A stretch of DNA of 58,336 nt, filler included, from Sphacelaria rigidula (GCA_964200075.2; 10 parts of 10 records of this genome joined end to end with filler, not necessarily neighbours in it), one strand, 5' to 3'. Positions 37,871-49,904 are shown, numbered from the whole stretch's first letter. The notes: generated by a model not told the origin, from the letters alone. A program made the numbers and translations.

Positions 37871-38754
37871 TCTTGTTCATCCTCCACTCCTGGATACAGA
37901 AGCCTGGAATTAGACACCATGCTTTAGGCCGCGCCACACACTGTCCTGGTTGAAAAAAAGCTGTGGAATCTCCCGCGCTGTAGTGAACAAACATGGAAAA
38001 GGGGGGGCAAATGATCCGGACCAGTACACTGAGAGAAAGTAATTATCAGACGGATCGTGATCTGTCCCACGTGTGGAATGTACATCTTGTTCCTCGCGCA
38101 GTCTACCCTACTCCCCCATCCTCCGTCGCAGAATACCCGCATGGGTTCTACATTCGGGATTTTGGCCTATTCATTCAATAGGCCTGCCAGCATAAGGGTG
38201 GGAATTACCACTCCGACCCGGCTCCAAAGCGCGATGGGTGACATCAAGTTGAAAGAGAAACTGTGGCCGACGTCAGGGGGGACAACAGCGCGCAAGGTGA
38301 AAATGAACAAGGTGCGGCATGCCTTTCAGGACCACATGGAGGGACCCCATGAAGGGATATCTCACGCGATATGTGCTCAAGCGACCTGGAGGGGAATTTC
38401 TCCAATGCGAATCACCTGAATTGAACCACCTGGTGACGCTGGTCTCCGCCATGGTTCTCCGCGACCAAGAATGGCCGCTGGCCGACGTCCCCGTGAGGCG
38501 ATTCACTTATGAAGAGGAACAGAGAATCAAGCCTGTGAGTGCCGTTGAGAGCAGGGGTTGCCTTTCAGAGGATGGGTTTCTTGAGACGGCTGCGTTGGGA
38601 CTGTGAGGATTCTCCGGAGAGTCACGATCCTCCCCTCGCCCGGAACGTTGATGTCAACGAGCGCGTGCGAAAGGACCCGTGTGGCTTCACTCCGTACGTC
38701 TTCGCGCCTTATTGGACTACCCCTCAGGGGAGAAGCGCGGCATCAAAGCTTCCG

Positions 38755-40079
38755 CACGTCGGACGTGAGCTAGCTCATCTGTGGACAGTAGCTCACTTGT
38801 GGTCAAATATGTGCCGATGAGCTACGCCCGATGGCTCACCCAGGAAAACATGCGTAGCTCATGAAGTTCTTATAGCTCGCCCTGACCACACATTCGCAGC
38901 TCACGTAGCTCTCACGTCTCACCCCAGGGCATTCGTGTAGCTCTCATAGCTCATCCAGGGCAAACATGCGCTGATGAGCTAAGTCCCGTACCTCACCCGG
39001 GGCAAACGTGCGTAGCTCACGTAGATCTCATGGCTGAGTAGGGAGCCATGCCCAAGAAGAGCTAGCTGGAGCTACAGGGGGCTGATGTGTCCGACTTATG
39101 CAATAGCATGAACAATTTGAGCTCCGGGCCTCGTTTCGGTACAACATTGGGCCGCCAGACCCGCGGGAAATGTGCAACCATGTGCTGTACAAAAATATTT
39201 GAGCAACGTGCAGTGCAGACGGTACAGTACTGTCTGTGCTGCCTGCACACAGTAGGGTGTAGATTCGAGTTTGCGCACAGTAGTACATCGGCTATACTAA
39301 AACCGTTTTGAACAATGTGCAGCACAGGCAGTACAGTACTGTCTGTAGCGTTTGCAAACAGTATCCCAGCGGTGAGCCGACAATAAATACTGGCACCGCG
39401 GTACATGCGGTGGTGCAAAGGAGACGATGAGTGATAGTGACCCCACAAACCCGGAGGCTATTGTTTGCCTGTGTTCCACTCGTGCCACGGACGTTCCAAA
39501 AACATCCGCCGGCGAACAAACACAGAACACAGACGTTTGAACGTGCTCATATATCAACGTGCGTAAGCATCGGAATGGAATAAGCTCTCGCGTGGCGTTC
39601 GGTCTTGTGGTGTTATACGCGGCTTTGTGTGTAGCTCACCCCGGGAAAAGACGTGCGGATGAGCTACGTTGGGTGGCTCACCCAGGGCAAACATGCGTAG
39701 CTCATGTAGTTCTCATAGCTGACGTTGACCAAACATGCGTCGCCCATGCACTTCCCATAGCTCACCCAGGGCAAACATTCGTAATTCATATAGCTCTCAT
39801 AACTCACTCAGGACGCACATGTGCTCATGAGCTACTCACCTGTAGCGCACCCAGGGCAAACATACCCTGATGAACGACGTCCGGTAGCTCACCCAGGGCA
39901 AGCGTGTGCGAATGAGCTACAAGTTAGTAGCTCACCCAGGGCAAACATGCGTAGTTCATGTAACTCTCATAGCTCATACACCGAAAACGTACGTATCTCA
40001 AGTAGCTCTCATAGCTCAGTAGGGAGCTACGCTAAAAAAAAGCTAGCTCGAGCTACAGGGAGCTGATCTGTCCGACGTG
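38755..40079. mobile_element. TIR-bounded element with two AGCT-rich ~42-bp minisatellite blocks
   Basis: CACGTCGGAC (38755) and GTCCGACGTG (40070). Blocks 38765-39095 and 39630-40076 are built from TAGCTCACCCAGGGCAAACATGCG units and share the same ~60-bp right end. Confidence 0.6.
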
Positions 40080-40631
40080 TGAAAGCTTTTGAGGGCAAAA
40101 TGTAACGATTATCTCTTGAGCCAATATATGTATTTCCACGAGGAGGGGGGTGGATCTCTTCTGCGCTTGGAACTGCGAGGAAGTAGCGGAGCACAAGTGA
40201 TGATATGGAGCCAGGACGCACGACTTAGGGCGGGTGTGGGTGGTCTACTAAGTAGAAAGTGATGGCGCAACTGCAGTATGTGGCCACGTTGTGTTGTTAG
40301 GTTCCGATGGTCAACGGTTCATTTTTCTTCTGGCCGCAGGTATAGCTAATTGTCGTATACGACGTGACTCGGTGTGGTGGTGTCACCCCCCGGTACTGGT
40401 GAGACACCCATGAGGCAGTGTGTAAGCCGCGGCTGTCTCTGGAAGTGGCGATACCAGAAAATGAAGCAACTCATTGGATGCTGCCGTCCAAACGCAAGAT
40501 AACCAGTACGCTTCGGGCCGAACAGTCTCAGCAGGATGCAGCTCACCACTCATGAGACTCATCGAACAGGTGACGGCGCTTCGCGCTTGGTGCTTGATTG
40601 CGAGCCTGGTCCGGCGAAAATCCGGCGTGAT

Positions 40632-40807
40632 CCATCCCGGCTTTGTAGGGATGCGAGGTTAATGGTCTTATGACTACGGCATGCAAGATCATGAGTATAC
40701 CCCCCCCCTCCCTGTACTCGTCCCCCTGTACTCGGTGCTCCGTCTCGAAAGAGATGCGTGGTCAATGGTCAAACGACTAAGGCAAGCAACAAATGAGTAC
40801 GCCCCCC
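40632..40807 (+). mobile_element. Tandem LINE 3' ends (subfamily B, C-run, subfamily A, C-run)
   Basis: Type B at 40632-40708, CCCTGTACTCG twice, type A at 40735-40807 ending ATGAGTACGCCCCCC. Confidence 0.85.
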
Positions 40808-43080
40808 NNNNNNNNNNNNNNNNNNNNNNNNNNNNNNNNNNNNNNNNNNNNTTAATTAATTAANNNNNNNNNNNNNNNNNNNNNNNNNNNNNNNNNNNNN
40901 NNNNNNNAAAATGTGGGCCTAAAATTTGAGCAGATGGGCACCGTTACACGATTAATATAATATGCGGATCATGGCCCAACTCGTCAGTGTCGACGAGATA
41001 TTGCTTAGAGAGCTTAAATCCGTGTCTAGGCTGGCCCAGCTCGTATTAGAATATTATGTCTGCGATATCCGTGTCTACATCTAGGTGTGTGCGTTGTGCG
41101 GTCATGCACTCGCCTCTGTAAACTCAGCGTTACGACGGGGATTTTTTATATATATATAGCGAAATAGACGCCTCCGCAAGAAACGCGGATGGTGGCAAAA
41201 TATCCCAATTTTGCAACCGTGGTTCCGCACACCGTGTGCATACGGCATCGAATCACACGGCATCGCCCAAGTGAAAGGAGTGGGCTCGAAGACGATCGAG
41301 GTGCGTTGATATATAGACGAGCAGTTCCTCTCGCATGCTGCGTCGGTAACAGCACTGTCTTCAACGAGTACTTGCAGAATCCGTGCAGCCTAGGGTAAAC
41401 ACCACACCTCCCCGTGAAACCTGACCTCGGGTGTCATGGCAGAGCACCGCGCTCGCATGACGCCACCGGTAGAGACACACCCGGAGGATGTTTTCACCAT
41501 CTAGAGAAATCGGTATTACCACAGGAAAAGGTTGCGCTGGAATCCATCCATGCCGCAGATGAAACGAATTGGTTGAGGTTTGGAAACAGGTTTGAATTTT
41601 GCTACGCACCAGTACATGGGCCATCTGACCTGCCGTGTACTGTACAAACAGCACAGTACACTACACTACAGCACGGTACAATAAAGCTCACTGCGGTACA
41701 GATCGTTGTGCTGAAGTGCGTAGACAGCAAGAATAAAATGCCATGTAGTACAAATGTGTATATGACTGTGATCAAACGTACTTCAACCAGCTCCTGCAAA
41801 CCGCGGGGGCGGTTGTAAATCTTGGGGTTGCGCTGTACAGGCACAAATATGCGACTCGCTCTCAGTGTCCCTAACGGAAGAAGGAGTGCAAGTTGAGAAT
41901 CTGACAGCCAGAAGCAAGCAACTTTCGACGTGGATAGAGATCAACGGAGTTGACATGAGTATAGATTTCGACTTATCAATTTCAACGGTATCAAGATCGC
42001 ACGCCGCGACCATCAGGTGCGGTAGAGAACACATGCCTCCGTCGGTGTTGACCGCGACGACATGAGAACGGCAGCGTGGATGACACGCTCGATCAAAGGC
42101 ATTAATCTTCAACCCTCCACCCGACCACCCTCCAGGACATACACTCGCAGCAGATGTGGAGGACCCCCAGGGCTGACTCATGGGATGCAACGTCCGGGCG
42201 CCTGCTGAGACGCCGTCCGGGGCAGTCCGAGCGTCACATACGGCACCAAAATCAATTCCGAGGTAATAGCATCATCAGTTCACTCTTTGCAGTACACCCT
42301 GCGAACTATCAAAGGTGATGATCGCTCGCTCCCCGTTGTTTTCTTTCAGGTATGACTGTGGCTTCCAAACGAAACGCAGGACGCTTGCATGCGTGGATAA
42401 TTTACGTGCACATGGAAACCCAACTCCCACTCTCGAAATGTTGAACGTAGCAGAGAACTGAGATCTTGCACGCATACGCCATTGCTTCATGTAATCCGGG
42501 CAGGTAGTGAAACACCTGCATCTCTTCGGGAGGCACCGGTACTGTTATCAGCGGGCTGGGGGGCGCTGCCTCGCAGTGGAATGCGGCAGCGATTATGGGC
42601 GAGCTTTCGTCGGGGGTAGCAGGGGAGGGAACGGCAGAGGCGACCTCACGCGCGAGTGTTGTTGGTGGCGGGCGGGCGGTTGTGGCCCGTTGCTGGAATT
42701 CACCGGCTGCATCAAGCGGATGGGGGGAGGGAGGAGCGGCGATGCCGCCGATGGCAGCAACTGCGGCATACGGAGACCTTGACGACGGAGGTATGGCGGG
42801 GGCGGCCCCACGGACTTCTCTTGCGGCGGTGACGGGCCAGCGATCGAGCGGGGGGGCGCCGACGCCGATAACGGCGCCGAACGCTGGTCTTCGCACCCGC
42901 GCAGGGGTTACGGCGATTCCACGATCGTATCTTACCGCGTGGGCAGGTAGCGAGAGGGGGTGAACAGCGGCGGCAGGAGAATCACGCGCGCTAAGTGCGG
43001 CGCTCCCCCCCCCTTCTATGCGTGGCTCGCAACGCCACCTGTTGTGGTGATGTCATGGTAGTGGGCCTGATCGGAGTACT

Positions 43081-43823
43081 CACAGTGCACCTAGACGCGG
43101 CATACGTGAGGGAGAAATGTCCACAGCCCACTTCATCATGCACTCCGGGAGTTTGTTCGGGAAATCCTTGAAGGAGTGGCTCGTGCCTCCCATCAACACT
43201 GATCTGTACATCATTGTACTCTTGACGATGTCCTCCCGGTGTATCAATCCACATGGCTGAGACGCCGTGCGAGTCACCATCAAATGCTTTGTGACTGGTG
43301 GCCTTCGGTACATACTGGTGAACCGGATATACACTGCGATCGAGAATCTGAGGGACGGAAGCGCGAGTGCTGGGCCGCCCGGCGGACAGTACGATCGGCT
43401 GGCGTAGTCTATTAAGGTGGTACTGTTCGTTTTGACGTTTCTGTTGGCCGGGTGCGACCTTTCACCACATGTGTCCGGGATTCCTTTCCTGAAGATGCGG
43501 GATTTCGTTTTGAAAGCTATTTGCACGCCAACTCTCTTCAGAAGACCGGTACCTGTGGACAAAGACGGGACGCTGAGGGTGAATGTGGACGACGGCATAA
43601 AGCTGCTGGCCACAGCTCTTATTTTCAGGTACGAAAACGCTTTTGCACAAGACGCGACGGATCCGGGACTTCTGTTCACCACCTGCGGACAGGACTTGGC
43701 GTCGTACGTGAACAAGATCTGCTTGTGCATCACCACAGTACATGGGCACCTGCCTTCCGGCTCTTGCCCAGACTTAGATGACGGTAGGAAGCACGTCAGT
43801 AAGTCCGACGCAGAATCCGAATA
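43081..43823 (+). pseudogene. Decayed XPG/FEN-like PIN nuclease domain, probably an AcademX-type DNA transposon protein
   Basis: One frame with two stops: GIREGEMSTAHFI..WLVPPINTDLYIIVLL..YILVNRIYTAI..FVLTFLLAGCDLSPHVSGIPF..CPDLDDGRKHVSKSDAESEY. No introns. Decayed coding-like DNA extends upstream to about 41400. Confidence 0.6.
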
Positions 43824-43973
43824 CGGGGGGGGGGGGGGGGGGGAAAACCTTTTGTTTTTTTGCGGGGGTGTGTTGCCATTTAACCCCGCACCCCTTTCGA
43901 AAGGGNNNNNNNNNNCGGTAGAGGGACAGGAAGAAAGGGAGGAGGGAAGACGGAAGAGAGCGCGGGCGGGAGA

Positions 43974-45490
43974 GGGGGGGGGGGGGGGGGGGGGGGGAGC
44001 ATACTCATTTGTTGCTTGCCTGAGTCGTTTGACCATTGACCACGCATCCCTTTCGAGACGGAGCACCGCTCCGACTCCTAATATTGATCCCTTCAACATT
44101 TGGACACTCCTTACGCTTCATCCATACCATTACATGAAAACCTTTTGCAATCTTATCCCGTCCTGCTTCGCCTTCTGTGGCCACCATCTATCTCCTAGTA
44201 CAGCTATCGTTTCCTCCCTACTGTCTAATACACCAAACGATTCCATGCCACCTCCGTTCACGTCCCGCATTTTCCCCCCTCGTACGTCATGTTCCTCTTT
44301 GCATAGTTCATATTCTCCCACTATATGAGTTCTGCTCTCTGTTGCTTTGCCACAGGGGCAATTCTGTGCACCTACTCCCTCCTCTTCTCTACTGGTGGTC
44401 CATCTCTTTCTTCTTTCTGGCAGGTCCAGATCCCCCACCAGAAATCGCAGTTTCGCTTTTTTCGCCGCGTCCATTGGGCCATGCAGATACGTTTACATTC
44501 CCATCCCCTCCCTCAACTCCCCGTATATCTTGAGGTGTTCTTCCCCGTCTACTTTGCGTCTGAGCGTTTCTTTTCTCCTTGTTTCGATCATGTCTCTTGT
44601 GTAGTGTATCCCGCACCTTCTCCAGTGGACAGCATCTCGTCTTGGTTTCCTCCTGTCGTGCTCCATACTTTGTCGACCTCTCTATCCCACCTTACTCCAG
44701 CCTGCCCTTTCGTCATTTCTTCTAGACAGCCTTTATAACCATGGCTGGCAAATCTCTTTTTCTGCATGTTTTCTACGCTAAATGGTCATCCCAATTTTCG
44801 TCGTTTGTTTCACGTGAGTACATTCCCAACTCTGCTCTCAATGCTGTATTACTCGTCCTTTTCGAGCATCCAACCGGGTGTTCCTTGTATTCGCTACATA
44901 AATGTTCTGCGCATATTTGCTGTCACTTTCAATTTCCTAGTGTATTCCAACGCCTTCTCTATTTGTTTCTGCAATCCTCCTGATGTTCCTGATGTCCCCA
45001 CGAAATCATCTGTGAACATCAATCCTGATATCACATCTTCCGCCACCTCGACTCTTTGCTCTGCTGCTTGTATTGTTATCATCATTAATAAATGCTTCGA
45101 ATAAAGTGGGTGATAACGTACATCCCTGTGCAACTCCTTGTAAAATATCAAAGCATTCCGATATTTACCCGTCTACCATCATAGCACTTTTGTCACATTC
45201 TGTCATATTCTTCACCATTCTCCACATTTTCCGTCTGATCCCAGTTTCGCACACCCTTGTCCACAGCCCATTTCTCCATACTGTCTCATGGGCCTTTTGT
45301 ACGCCCAGGATGAAACAGTACGTTGTCAGCCCGGCGTCTTTCCTACCTTGCATAATCTTACCTAGTGTGTACACATGGTCTACGCAACTACGGTTCGGTC
45401 TAAAACGTGCCGGCCCCTCGTTGTTGTTTTGTGTAGCCTCGTTTCCACTCTATCGTTCAGACTCTTGACATAATATTTTCCCCACCGTGC
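43974..45490 (-). mobile_element. Non-LTR retrotransposon (RTE-X-like LINE), RT to 3' end, with C24 tail
   Basis: MSTVGKI, VQKAHETVWRNGLW, GVAQGCTLSP, GLMFTDDFVG; C-terminal LRFLVGDLDLPERRKR..CPCG..ESRTHIVGE; 3' UTR then a G-run on the plus strand at 43974-43997. Frameshifted. Clade assignment is an inference. Confidence 0.92.
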
Positions 45491-46650
45491 TCATTTGTTG
45501 CTTGCCTTAGTCGTTTGACCATTGACCACGCATCCCTTTCGAGACGGAGCACCGTTCCTACTCCAAATAGAGTCACTGTCAACATTCCGGCACTCATTAC
45601 TTTTTTTCCATACATTACACAAAAGCCGTTTACATACCTTATCCTCGTCCTGTTTCGCCGTCTGTGGCCATCATCTATCTCCTAGTATAGCCATCGTTTT
45701 CTCCCCAGTGTCTAATGAACTAAACCATTTCATGCTGTCTTCGTTCACGTCCCGCATTTCCCCCTTTAGCACGTCCCGTTCCTCTTTGTATAGTTCACAT
45801 TCTGCCACTATATGACTTCTGCCCTCTATTTCTTTGCCACAGGGGCAGTTCTGTCCATCTACTTCCTCCACACGACTACTGGTATATGTTTCCTCTTCAT
45901 GGAAAGTCCATGTCCCCCACCCGAAATCGCAGTTTCAACTTTTTCGCCCCATCCATGGGGCCATGCAGATATGTCTTCATCCCAATCCCCTCTCTCAACC
46001 ACCCGTATATCTTCAGGTGTTCTTCCTCGTCTACCTTGCGTCTGAGTGCTCCTTTTCCCCTTCTTTGTACCATGTCTCTCGCTTTCGTCTTGTACCCCGC
46101 GCCTTCACCTATGGACAGTATTTCGTCTTGGTTTCCGCCTATCTCCTTCCACACTTTCTCGACTTCTTTATCCCACCATATAGCATACCCTTTCGTACTT
46201 TTCTTCCATACAGTCTTCTCAACTATAGCTGACAACCTCTTTCTCTGCATACTCTTTACGCTATATTGCCATCGCAATTTCCTCATGTCTCTGTTTGTTT
46301 CAAGTGAGTGCATCCCCAACTCTGCTCTCAAAACTGTATTACTCGTCGCTCCCGAGTATCCAAGTATCTTCTTCGCTGCTGCCATCTGTACTGTTTCTAA
46401 ATTTTCACCAGTTTCACGTTCCCCTCCCATACTTCTCCTGCATATTCCAGCCTTGGTGCGATCACATTCATCAGGATATATCTCTTGATCCTAGTGTCTA
46501 GTTGCGGGTCTCTGAGGATCACGTCCATTCTGCCTATCTATGCCTCACTTTTTTCTAGTACTTTGTTTATGTGTGCACCTGAAGAACAGTGTTTTGAGAT
46601 CTCTACGCCAAGGTATGTATACTGGTCTACGATTTGTAGTTCCTCTTCTC
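45491..46650 (-). mobile_element. Second LINE copy (3' half), directly upstream of the first
   Basis: VDQYTYLGVEIS, LRAELG, LRFRVGDMDFP, CPCGKEIEGRSHIVAECELYKEER and the same 3' UTR at 45491-45553. Confidence 0.92.
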
Positions 46651-46880
46651 NNNNNNNNNNNNNNNNNNNNNNNNNNNNNNNNNNNNNNNNNNNNTTAATT
46701 AATTAANNNNNNNNNNNNNNNNNNNNNNNNNNNNNNNNNNNNNNNNNNNNGATCTTAAGACCGTTCGGCCCGAGGCCTACTGATTATCTTGCATTTGGAT
46801 GACAGCCTACAATGAGTTGCTTTATTATCTGGTATATATGGGAGGGGGGGAGGGGGGGTAGCACTGTTGGGACCGTGTCC

Positions 46881-47087
46881 GGGCTGGCAGGTTCCGGTTC
46901 TATATTAAATCCTATATACTCAATGCAACCAAGCGGGCTGGCAGGTTCCGGTTCTATACTAAATCCTATATACTTGATGCAACCAAGCGGGCTGGCAGGT
47001 TCTGGTTCTATACTTAATGCAACCAAACGAGCTGGCAGGTTCTGGTTCTACACAAAATCCTATATATATACTTGATGCGACCAAGCT
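46881..47087. repeat. 54-bp tandem repeat (4 units, third shortened)
   Basis: Unit GGGCTGGCAGGTTCCGGTTCTATA.TAAATCCTATATACT..ATGCAACCAAGC at 46881, 46935, 46989 and 47029. Confidence 0.9.
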
Positions 47088-47774
47088 CAACCACAAGTTA
47101 CTCGGTTTTGAAATGGGTTGAACGGGGGAGAAAAGTCACTTCACTTGCAGAGCACGCCCAAGCACAAGCAGCAAAAAACAAAACAGTCGCGGTCTCGGCA
47201 AGTCTTGGTTTGGTGTCGGGCTAGAAGTACGCTATGTAAGCGAACATAAACCGCTTGATCCATTGCTTGATGCAACCTGATCATGAATCCTAGCAAACCC
47301 AAGTGAGTCAGATGACCAGCATTCCGCATCCTAACACCAGAACAAGCAGAGCCGAGGATTTTTCGCAAAAACGCGGCGAGACTAATTAGTTGGGGCAAAA
47401 GATCAAGGCGGGGGAGGGGGGCAGTTTGACGAACCACAAACTCTTCACCCGTCTGTGACCTGCCCAAGAAACTTTTCGTCACATTTTCGGGGGGGGGGAA
47501 ATCGATTTTTTCGGAGGATAAAATATGCCCGTTGGTGGAGGTTTCCCGATATTTTCAGCTGTAAATTACTGTGAAATATACCGGAAATCTTGAGTTTGAG
47601 ATGACTCTCGTAGTTCCTCCTACTCTTGGATTAATACTTTGCTCGCGATACGTCCGGCCTAGCCAAAAACAAGTTTATGAGATGTCAAGATTGTGGTGAC
47701 AAGCTGTCATCTCCGTACACATGACGCATCCTATAAATACCCAGTTGTGTTGAAACTACTCCCCCCTTGCTTTC

Positions 47775-47777
<3 letters not shown>

Positions 47778-47817
<40 letters not shown>
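47778..47817. repeat. (TC)n microsatellite
   Basis: Direct read. Confidence 0.95.
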
Positions 47818-47822
<5 letters not shown>

Positions 47823-47953
47823 CCGCTATGCATTCATCGACCGCCTATCGTATTTTCAACGTCCCTCTTGCTCTTCCTCCCCCGTCGCACCGCATGCCGC
47901 ATGTGTTCCTGCTTTTCCGTTGCGAAGGGGCTGCTGCGGACAGCGCGGATCAG

Positions 47954-49012
47954 ATGGCGGCTGCACCGGCTGTGTCGGCAAGGCAGAACATCTGCAAGCT
48001 ATCGTGGACGAAAAGCTCGCTGGAAGTTCTCGCCGAAGCGGAGAAGAAGCTTCTTGTGAGTGTTGGCAATACAGTACAGTACCAGTGATGATACCTTCGC
48101 ATACAGTACAGTAGAGGTACTCGCGTTGGAATGTACATGTACCCCGTTTCATTCGTTTCCGCACACGCGCTCGCAGCAGTGGTCGTTGACCTGCGTTCGA
48201 AATTTCACCCGCCAATACAGAGTTTCACTAACGAGGCTGTTTTTTTTTAAACACGAAATCTCCGAACTGTTCGGGCCGAAAAAAATATTATTATTATTTT
48301 CTTTTCCGAAAGATGTTGACAGCAGATTTCTTCACGAGGTCAGCTGATGGGTCGAGTCAACCCTGTCACTGCGAGCGTCGTCTCGGAACAGTTTCACCGG
48401 CTGACAGTCCAGGGACATCCGGGGGGTTCCAGGGGGCGAGGAGGTGGTTTTCAACGGGGTTGTGGGAGGCTGTTCGCAGAAGCCACCCATTTGTGTTCGA
48501 AAGTTTCCCACGGGGAATTCAATCTAGGAACGACGCCCAAGAAAAGCGGAGTGACCGTTTCGAGAACGATGATCGGTCAGAATTGTCGCCCAAGATTAAC
48601 CGAGATGGACTACCTCGTAGTGTAGCTTCATGTGACCATTTTGGTTGTCACCATTCAGCCATAGATAACATGGGCGCAAACGACGTGCTTATTACTCTGC
48701 TCGTAGTCTTCGCCGCCTGCCTGATGGACCCCTTTCGTGTCGCCAGCACAGCTTCACACCGTCTGTAGCGTTGATGTGAAACACTAAGCGGAGACATCGG
48801 CAGCGTGCAGCAAAGCACGCTGTGCTCAGCGGAGAGCGATGGCACGCTGACTGTTTTGTTCCCATTGTATCCAGCGAAGACATTCAACAACACACGTCTA
48901 TGAATAACATGACGAATAAACCTAGGAAACGGCAGGAGTTCGTGTATTCGACACGGACATTGGAGGCGAGCAGCACATTCACACGGTGGAAGGCGGAAAA
49001 GGAAAATCTAAG
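47954..49012 (+). CDS. ABHD4/ABHD5 (CGI-58)-like alpha/beta hydrolase, N-terminal exons
   Basis: Exon to 48055 MAAAPAVSARQNICKLSWTKSSLEVLAEAEKKLL|gtgagt and exon 48926-49012 ETAGVRVFDTDIGGEQHIHTVEGGKGKSK|gtgagt, both phase 0. Resembles the W..TS...L..AE.K/R.L and IHT motifs at the N-terminus of ABHD4/5-family proteins. Catalytic exons are not in the contig. Confidence 0.65.
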
Positions 49013-49904
49013 GTGAGTCCTGAAAACCGAACGGTGATGACACCAAAAATGCGACCGCGGGTGTCTTGTTGCTGAGTGATCTAATATTTATAGTCCTGCC
49101 TCAGCGATGAACCCTATCGGAACAAATTTTCCCCTACGATACTTTTGACGTATTTCAAGTAACTTTGATCAAGCGCTCCCCCCCCCCCCTCCTCCCCCGC
49201 GTGCCCCTTCAAGATGTATACATGTTTCGCTTTTGTTTTTCGGTCCGAAAGGTTTTGCACCCATTTATTCTGTCCATAGCAGTGTTTTTAGAGACGAAGA
49301 ACGGAGCAGTGGCTGCTGAATAGCTACTGTACTGTCGTGTGTCACTACACTTGTAAAAGGGATGAAATCGGCAGTGAATACAGCAGACCTGAATGAAAAC
49401 GTGTCGGCTCGTCGTACAAGATGTCGCACATGGGAAAATTCACGAGATGGATGAAAATTAGGTGATGTAACCTTTTTTTTCTTTTTTTTCGCGGCTCGCT
49501 TCAAAACTATTGAGCTAAGCTCGTTTTCGCAGGCCATAATGAAAAAAGAATCACCAATGAATAAAAAATGTAATAGTTCGCTACTGTTGTTGTAGTGAAG
49601 TCAAAAAGCGCTCCAAGAGGGCGCATCACTTTTCACCACTTGTTCGCCGTTACGACTGTCTGGATCTGTCGTGGAACAGATTATAATGACGACCAATTCT
49701 AGCTATACAGCAATCTACGTGAGAGATGTCGCGATAGCCCCCCCCCCCCCCCCCTAACAATAAAGGGGAGAACTCAGTATACTGGGGGAAACGGGAGTAT
49801 AAAAGGAGGAAAGGGAGGGGGTGTGGGAGGGGGGGNNNNNNNNNNGGATCTGTCGTGGAACAGATTATAATAACGACCAATTCTACCTATACAGCAATCT
49901 ACGT

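Noticed and set aside
38765..40076. CRISPR-like repeat-spacer pattern
   Set aside because: The spacers are homologous to each other (two types), the repeats are degenerate, there are no cas genes and the context is eukaryotic.
43417..44328. 303-aa ORF as a single gene
   Set aside because: Chimeric: nuclease remnant, then a poly-G and N gap, then antisense LINE 3' end.
46881..47087. CRISPR-like array
   Set aside because: The whole 54-bp unit repeats; there are no unique spacers.
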